In this document: piece by piece, positions 58,631 through 64,000 of the stretch
How positions within the stretch are numbered: position 1 is the stretch's first letter
How the letters are laid out: each line of letters begins with the position of its first letter
Origin: an uncultured Candidatus Saccharibacteria bacterium
Lineage (GTDB): Bacteria; Patescibacteriota; Saccharimonadia; Saccharimonadales; CAYVSP01
Reading direction: 5' to 3'
Assembly: GCA_964584265.1 (NCBI GenBank)
Contig: CAZOZI010000003.1
Location: forward strand, 20,619 to 84,618
Length of the DNA: 64,000 nucleotides
The notes under the pieces: model-generated
Told to the model about the DNA's origin: nothing
What the model saw: the letters and a program-made list of their open reading frames with translations, nothing else
Database searches by the model: none
Program-made: the position numbers and the translations under genes

Positions 58631-59521
58631 ATGAATAGTAAAAAATATTCATCCGCTCCACTTGGCGCAAGTTTTATAGTCCTTTCATCGTTCTTTTATG
58701 CAAGCTACGGAATTTGGACAAGGCTCATGGGCAATTTCTTTGGTGGCTACACCGCTTCAGCATTTCGAAGTATTATGGTAATACTCTTACTATTACCACT
58801 AGCATTTATCTACCGCAAATTTGAAGCAGTTAAATTTAGAGATAACTGGCGATATTTGGCTGGCATGATTTTTGCATCGCTTTTTATTTGGGGTCCTCTT
58901 TACTATTCGATTTTGCACGCAGGAATAGGTATAAGTATTAGCATCAACTACGCCAGCTACGTTATTGGCGCGTTTTTCTTTGGTTGGCTGTTAGTTGGGG
59001 AACGATTTACTAGAATTAAATTATTTTCTGCTCTACTTGGAATCATAGGAATAGGTTTGGTGTTTTCGCCAAGTATTGCTGGCATTGGCTTGGCGGCTCT
59101 TATGGCTGCCGCTATAAGTGGTGTGGCCGCATCAGCCAATGTAGTAATTGCAAAGCAAATAAGATATAACGCCACTCAATCGACATTAGCTCTGTGGGCC
59201 GCATCCCTTATAGCTAACACAATAATGGCGCTGCTAGTTCGTGAGATGCATCCTGCAATTGGTTTACATATTCAATGGTTATATTTAGTTGCATTCAGCA
59301 TTGCATCCGTCATTGCAACCTGGACACTCATAGCAGGGTTAAAACTTATTGATGCGGGAGCCGCTGGCATTCTTGGTTTATTAGAGATTGTTTTTGCAGT
59401 AATATTCGGCGTAATATTCTTTAGTGAGCGACCTGGTCCAGAAGTGTTGGCGGGAGTGACAATCATTCTAGTTGCTGCTAGCATTCCTTATTTTCAGCAC
59501 TATAATAGCCAAAAGGCTTAA
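58631..59521 (+). CDS. EamA/DMT-superfamily transporter
   Basis: 296 aa, 10 TM segments, two EamA-like halves. Confidence 0.75.
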   Translation: MNSKKYSSAPLGASFIVLSSFFYASYGIWTRLMGNFFGGYTASAFRSIMVILLLLPLAFIYRKFEAVKFRDNWRYLAGMIFASLFIWGPLYYSILHAGIGISISINYASYVIGAFFFGWLLVGERFTRIKLFSALLGIIGIGLVFSPSIAGIGLAALMAAAISGVAASANVVIAKQIRYNATQSTLALWAASLIANTIMALLVREMHPAIGLHIQWLYLVAFSIASVIATWTLIAGLKLIDAGAAGILGLLEIVFAVIFGVIFFSERPGPEVLAGVTIILVAASIPYFQHYNSQKA

Positions 59522-59523
59522 TT

Positions 59524-60102
59524 ATGAAAGAAATACTGGGTGTTATTGCGGTTATTTTGGCTTTTGTAGCCTATATTCCTTATTATCGAGACATTTTAAA
59601 AGGCAAGACAAAGCCGCATATCTATAGCTGGTTTGTTTGGGGATTCATTACTGCAATTATATTTGCCTTGCAAGTTAAAGGCGGTGGTGGAGCCGGTGCA
59701 TGGGTAACGCTATCTGCTGCCATATTCTCGTTCATTGTTTTTTTCTTGGGTTTGAGAAATGGAGACAAAGATATTACTAGGTCAGACACCATATTCTTTA
59801 TGGCTGCACTTGCTGCTACAGGCGTCTGGGTTTTCGCAAAGGAGCCTACGCTATCAGTTATTCTATTGGTTACCATAGATATGCTTGGCTTTGCACCAAC
59901 AATCAGAAAATCATGGAACAAACCTAACGAGGAAACTCTATTTCTGTGGAGTTTGAACGGTTTTAGACACGGCTTAAGTATATTGGCGCTTCGCAGTTAT
60001 AATTTACTTACGCTTCTATATCCGTTGGTTTGGACGGTAGCTAACTTTTCATTTAGTTTAATGTTAATAACAAGAAGAAAAACACTTCGGTCTCATGAAT
60101 AA
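59524..60102 (+). CDS. hypothetical 6-7 TM membrane protein (weak PQ-loop-like N-terminus)
   Basis: 192 aa. FVAYIPYYRDILKGKTKPHIYSW loosely resembles PQ-loop repeats. Starts 2 nt after the EamA gene. Confidence 0.5.
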   Translation: MKEILGVIAVILAFVAYIPYYRDILKGKTKPHIYSWFVWGFITAIIFALQVKGGGGAGAWVTLSAAIFSFIVFFLGLRNGDKDITRSDTIFFMAALAATGVWVFAKEPTLSVILLVTIDMLGFAPTIRKSWNKPNEETLFLWSLNGFRHGLSILALRSYNLLTLLYPLVWTVANFSFSLMLITRRKTLRSHE

Positions 60103-60161
60103 GAAGATAAAAACAATTTCCGATAAGGCTGATTGATATAGATAACCCATGGTCTAACTCC

Positions 60162-60253
60162 TGCTACAATATCTTCGATGCGGTGACCGAGAATAGGTGG
60201 TAGCCCGCAAGGCTACATACGGCAGGTTCATGTCTGTCCCGCATCTCCATGTT
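60162..60253 (+). promoter_or_regulatory. conserved promoter + three-way-junction RNA leader, copy B
   Basis: TGCTACAAT (60162-70). P1 is 60177-83/60239-45, P2 is 60200-16 and P3 is 60221-38. All four stem substitutions relative to copy A preserve pairing. Confidence 0.6.
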
Positions 60254-61234
60254 ATGACTGCACAAGAGTATATCAATCAAAAACTTAAAGAACTTCATCT
60301 GCTTAGTGGATTAACTAAGCCTTCTAAAGACAGACTACCTGAGACAATTTTTAAGATTATTACTTCAAAGAAGTTCCGAAAATATTCAGCAACTCCAGAT
60401 TTATTGATTGCAATCAAAGATGCCATTCAAATAAACATTTCCAAAAATGAACCCATAAAATTTGTCTATCCGCATGGCATCTACAAGTTATGGCGTCTAG
60501 AGGAATCACCCGAAGCTGATTGGGCGGAGTTATTTACCTTTATGTATTACACAGCATGGCTTAAGAAAATTTGTGAGGTTTACGAACCTGGGGTTTGGTT
60601 TGACTTCTATGCGGATGACTTACTTGTACCTAAGATAAATAATATTCCATTAGAAGATGTTCGTGCTTACCAATTAAGCTATCAAAAAACACTGGATTTC
60701 CTTGAATCTTATCAACCGAAGAATTTCAAAATGACTATTACTACAGTTGGGAGCCAATTTGAGTCCGAAGAAGCTTTTTATACTAGGCTTGAAAAAGATA
60801 CTTTAAAACTTGCAAAAACACTTCCTGACGGCTTACCGAAACTAGATGATAAGCGAATAGCAACTATTGAGCTAAACTCACATGCATCTGATAAACAGAA
60901 GGAAGACCCAGAGTGGCGTGAAAAAGTTGCCCTTATTCATGATGCCTACTTGGCTTACACAAAACCTGAAACTAATTATCACTTCCAGCCCGAAAAGATT
61001 CGCGTGTTTGCAGCACAATTGTCTTCCAAAAATTATTTAGCTGTCGGAACTACTAAAGATTCAATTGCTAAATTCTGGGTTGGAGTGGGGGCCCTAAAAC
61101 CCACTGTGGATAGCTACAGACAAGTAATTCTTACACCTAGTCAGCTAGCAAAAAGTATTTTTGACTGGCAAAACATTGATATTGATAAGTTAGAAGGCAA
61201 AAATTTTAAGAAAATCAGGATCCTACGCGACTGA
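60197..61234 (+). CDS. uncharacterised conserved protein, paralog B
   Basis: Maximal ORF from GTG 60197, with alternative in-frame ATGs at 60230 and 60254. Shares SKKFRK, ESPExDWAELF, VYxPG, DPxWREK, AKFWVxVGAL and GKNFKxxRIL with paralog A. Confidence 0.7.
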   Translation: MVARKATYGRFMSVPHLHVMTAQEYINQKLKELHLLSGLTKPSKDRLPETIFKIITSKKFRKYSATPDLLIAIKDAIQINISKNEPIKFVYPHGIYKLWRLEESPEADWAELFTFMYYTAWLKKICEVYEPGVWFDFYADDLLVPKINNIPLEDVRAYQLSYQKTLDFLESYQPKNFKMTITTVGSQFESEEAFYTRLEKDTLKLAKTLPDGLPKLDDKRIATIELNSHASDKQKEDPEWREKVALIHDAYLAYTKPETNYHFQPEKIRVFAAQLSSKNYLAVGTTKDSIAKFWVGVGALKPTVDSYRQVILTPSQLAKSIFDWQNIDIDKLEGKNFKKIRILRD

Positions 61235-61291
61235 TACTATTGCCACAGCAAACGCTTGACGTGTTAAGTATCATGCTATACATTGGAAACA

Positions 61292-62278
61292 ATGAGTGAG
61301 TATGCATTTGAGGTAAACAATGTCGCCAAGTACTTTGACGAAGTCAAAGCGCTGGATGGCGTTAGTTTAAAAGCCGAAAAAGGCAAAATTTTTGGGCTTT
61401 TAGGTCCTAACGGTGCAGGCAAAACCACACTCGTTAATTTACTGAGTACCCTTTCTGAACCCACCAAAGGCAGTCTTAAAGTGCTTGGCGTGGACGTTGT
61501 AGAACATCCAGACAAAGTAAGGCAAATGATTGGTCTTGCTGGCCAGTTTGCGGCAGTTGACGAGTACCTAACTGGTGAAGAAAACCTCTACATGGTCGGG
61601 CGCCTGTACCATTTGAGCGCTGCTGAAGCCAGGCGGCGTACCAAAGATATTCTGGAAAAACTAAAACTGACCGAAGCTGCCAAGCGTCAGGCACGAACTT
61701 ATTCTGGAGGTATGCGTCGTAGACTAGATGTCGGTGCTTGCTTGGTTGGGCAACCGCAAATTCTTTATCTTGATGAACCGACGACCGGGCTTGATCCGAG
61801 CACACGCCTGGACCTATGGCGTATTATCCGCGAACTAGTAAAGCAGGGTACAACAATACTTCTTACTACCCAATATCTGGAAGAAGCCGATGAACTGGCT
61901 GACCACATTGCCGTGATTGACCGCGGTAAACTTATTGCCGAAGGTACCAGCCAACAACTTAAAGCCATGTTGGGCGGTGATGTCATTGAGTTTGAAATCG
62001 AGGATGCAGCAGACAAAGAACCAGCGCTTAAAGCAATTGCCAATGTCAGCAATAAGAAGGCTTCATATAACGAGGACGAAAGAAAAGTTACGGTACCAGT
62101 TGGTAGCCAAGGTTCCAAAAAACTGGCCGAAGTTGTGCGCGCGTTAGACCAAGCTAACATTGAACCCCATACACTGTCTTTGCACGAACCATCGCTTGAT
62201 GATGTGTTCTTGACCCTGACTGGCGCAAAAGCTTCCGAGGTGGCAACTGAAGTGAAAAAAAAGAGAGGACACAAATAA
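61292..62278 (+). CDS. ABC transporter ATP-binding protein (DrrA-like, ABC-2 exporter type)
   Basis: GLLGPNGAGKTT, YSGGMRRRLDV and ILYLDEPTTGLD. I prefer ATG 61292 over the track TTG 61283. A putative promoter TTGACG (61256-61), 17-nt spacer, TACATT (61279-84) would make this mRNA nearly leaderless. Confidence 0.85.
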   Translation: MSEYAFEVNNVAKYFDEVKALDGVSLKAEKGKIFGLLGPNGAGKTTLVNLLSTLSEPTKGSLKVLGVDVVEHPDKVRQMIGLAGQFAAVDEYLTGEENLYMVGRLYHLSAAEARRRTKDILEKLKLTEAAKRQARTYSGGMRRRLDVGACLVGQPQILYLDEPTTGLDPSTRLDLWRIIRELVKQGTTILLTTQYLEEADELADHIAVIDRGKLIAEGTSQQLKAMLGGDVIEFEIEDAADKEPALKAIANVSNKKASYNEDERKVTVPVGSQGSKKLAEVVRALDQANIEPHTLSLHEPSLDDVFLTLTGAKASEVATEVKKKRGHK

Positions 62279-63060
62279 TGGAAGGAATTCGTTATCAACT
62301 GAGCGATATCTGGGCAATTACTTGGCGCAACCTGCTTCGCTACGTCCGCCTGCCACAATTGATATTTTTCAGTGCAATCCAGCCAGTTATTTTCCTGACT
62401 TTGTTTAACTTTGTGTTTGGTGGAGCGCTGGGCCACGAAGGTGCTGCTCTGCACGGCAAGTACATTAACTATTTGCTGCCCGGCATAATGGTGCAGGTTA
62501 CGCTGTTTGGTGGGCTGCAAACTGGCATTGGACTAGCGCGTGATCTTAAAAGCGGCCTTGTTGATCGTTGGCGGAGCTTACCTATGAGCCGAGCAGCAGT
62601 GTTAGCAGGCAGAACTCTTGCAGATATGCTTCGAAATATCGTGGTGATTTGTATCATGATAGTGGTTGGTTATGTCTATGGCTTTCGTTTCTCCAACGAT
62701 ATTTTTCATGTAGTGTTGATGATAGCTGTGTTGGTCTTTTTCGGATTTGCCTTTTCATGGATATCGGCTTTCCTGGGTCTTGCAACTAAAGATGAGGAAA
62801 CAGCTCAATTGGCCGGTTTTGCTTTTGTTTTTCCGTTGGTATTTGCTAGCGCCGCTTTTGTAACCGTTCAGAGCATGGCAAGTTGGCTACAGCACTTTGC
62901 GCTCAACCAACCTGTTACGTTTGCGGCAAATTCAGCAAGATCTCTGGCGCTTGGCCAGCCCAGCAACGGTGCGATCTGGAAGATACTGCTCTGGTCCATT
63001 GGCATACTGGTAATATTTGTGCCGCTTTCTATATCACGCTACAAGCGCGCCACAAGCTAA
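62278..63060 (+). CDS. ABC-2 type exporter permease (DrrB-like)
   Basis: 260 aa with 6 TM segments. ATG overlaps the upstream stop (TAATG). Confidence 0.82.
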   Translation: MEGIRYQLSDIWAITWRNLLRYVRLPQLIFFSAIQPVIFLTLFNFVFGGALGHEGAALHGKYINYLLPGIMVQVTLFGGLQTGIGLARDLKSGLVDRWRSLPMSRAAVLAGRTLADMLRNIVVICIMIVVGYVYGFRFSNDIFHVVLMIAVLVFFGFAFSWISAFLGLATKDEETAQLAGFAFVFPLVFASAAFVTVQSMASWLQHFALNQPVTFAANSARSLALGQPSNGAIWKILLWSIGILVIFVPLSISRYKRATS

Positions 63061-63617
63061 GCAGCTGGCGGCAGAGCTGTTATATTAGCATCATTAAAAG
63101 GATAGCGCTGACGGTACGGTTCTTTAGAAAAAGCTGTGTACTCAAAAATATCCCTCAAACTAACCTGACCATAAAGAAAGTGGGGCACCCAGGTGCTGAC
63201 TAATTTGAAAGCGTCATCGCTTAATGGTATTAGACCAACTGGGTGGTCAGTATCTTTATCAAATTCGTCTAAATGTATATCAACAGTTATACGATACTCC
63301 CGGCGCAGTAGCTTTCGCACGGTTGTGCTAAATTCGCGATATGTATTAACTCTATCGAAATATATGTCGCCAAATTCAATTTCGCCGAGCTCCCAAGCCA
63401 CCTCACTTATTAGATCTTTGAAAGTTGGATTAATCGCGTGCGGGTTCTTCTTTTTGAGCTTGTCCCAGGCTCGTACAAATTTTTCATACTTTTTATAAGT
63501 ATCGGGGTTCAAACGATTGTATGGCGAGATTTGCTCTAAAGCCGCCGGGTAACACGTATCTGTGACTTGCCCAGTAACTCCAAGTGAAACATTACGGCGG
63601 TAACTAGCCATACTCAT
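63057..63617 (-). CDS. hypothetical protein
   Basis: 186-aa ORF, soluble, with no recognisable motif. Convergent 4-nt overlap with the permease gene. Confidence 0.5.
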   Translation of the reverse strand: MSMASYRRNVSLGVTGQVTDTCYPAALEQISPYNRLNPDTYKKYEKFVRAWDKLKKKNPHAINPTFKDLISEVAWELGEIEFGDIYFDRVNTYREFSTTVRKLLRREYRITVDIHLDEFDKDTDHPVGLIPLSDDAFKLVSTWVPHFLYGQVSLRDIFEYTAFSKEPYRQRYPFNDANITALPPAA

Positions 63618-63694
63618 TTATTTATACTGTAACATGGTTGTCAACAGAGATATTAATCAACCGCCAATGATTCGAAAATTGCTACAATAAAACA

Positions 63695-64000
63695 ATGAGA
63701 GTTTTAATTTTTGGCGACAGCATAACGTATGGCAAGGTAGACACTGAAGGTGGTTGGGTTGGTCGGTTGAGAAAAGACTTTGATAGAGAGGCTGCAAACA
63801 GCAATAGTCTAGATTTCCCAAACGTATACAACCAGGGAGTTTCCGGTGATACAGCCGAAGACATTTTGAAACGCTTAGACACGGAAGTAAAAGCACGGCT
63901 AGAAAAAGAAAATATCTTTATAATAGCTGTGGGTACCAACGACAGCTCCTTAAACAATGGCACGCCGCTCTATTCTGTAGAACAATTTCGAATAAACTTT
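63695..64000 (+). CDS. SGNH/GDSL hydrolase, 3' end outside the window
   Basis: Not in the ORF track because there is no stop within the window. My translation is MRVLIFGDSITYGK...NQGVSGDT...IIAVGTNDS, which gives SGNH blocks I-III. The ATG is 6 nt after TGCTACAAT (63680-88), so the mRNA is probably leaderless. Confidence 0.8.
   Translation, partial: MRVLIFGDSITYGKVDTEGGWVGRLRKDFDREAANSNSLDFPNVYNQGVSGDTAEDILKRLDTEVKARLEKENIFIIAVGTNDSSLNNGTPLYSVEQFRINF

Noticed and set aside
61765-62520. 251-aa antisense ORF. Similar long antisense or shadow ORFs occur elsewhere, for example 15265..15798, 43636..44124, 51095..51553, 57089..57514, 5205..5603 and 46113..46475.
   Set aside because: Each lies opposite a gene with clear family motifs and has a low-complexity or atypical composition with no motifs. 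These are typical shadow frames of a mid-GC genome.

Overview
The window covers the replication-origin region of a small-genome bacterium: recF-dnaN-dnaA on the minus strand, diverging from rpmH-rnpA-yidC-jag, with DnaA-box clusters on both sides of dnaA. Gene content and organisation suggest a Patescibacteria/CPR organism, possibly Saccharibacteria-like. That assignment is inference only; no search was run. From left to right: (1) 1-9.7 kb holds a Gram-positive-style type IV secretion-like cluster: a VirB4-like ATPase, a large membrane protein, a three-domain peptidoglycan hydrolase and several unknowns. (2) 9.7-15.8 kb is the origin core. (3) About 15.8-44.6 kb is a very large cell-envelope glycan locus. 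It encodes GDP-fucose synthesis (gmd, fcl), galE, a GT11 fucosyltransferase, about 14 further glycosyltransferase(-like) genes, a methyltransferase, a Wzm/Wzt-type ABC exporter whose ATPase carries a C-terminal extension, a WbaP-like initiating transferase, an O-antigen-ligase-like protein and GtrA. Sixteen of these genes form one tightly packed minus-strand block. (4) 44.6-47.6 kb is a bcrABD-like cassette: a LexA-N-type regulator, an ABC ATPase, an ABC-2 permease and UppP. (5) 47.6-49.8 kb has a cobalamin-riboswitch-like leader with a terminator/SD-sequestering hairpin, in front of an uncharacterised zinc-ribbon protein and nadD. (6) 49.8-55.9 kb is mostly housekeeping and membrane genes, plus an orphan promoter-to-terminator unit of about 390 nt with no long ORF. 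(7) 55.9-63.1 kb is the most interesting part. Two highly diverged paralogs of an uncharacterised protein family are each preceded by the same promoter plus a roughly 70-nt three-way-junction RNA leader. The first 61 nt are 100% identical between copies, and the stem substitutions preserve pairing. These genes sit among an Ldh_2 oxidoreductase, a serine hydrolase and three exporters. I also found a 17-bp perfect long-range inverted repeat that would occlude the start codon of the first glycosyltransferase gene, and a recurrent TGCTACNAT extended -10 motif with apparently leaderless genes. I saw no rRNA, tRNA, CRISPR array, transposase or integrase.
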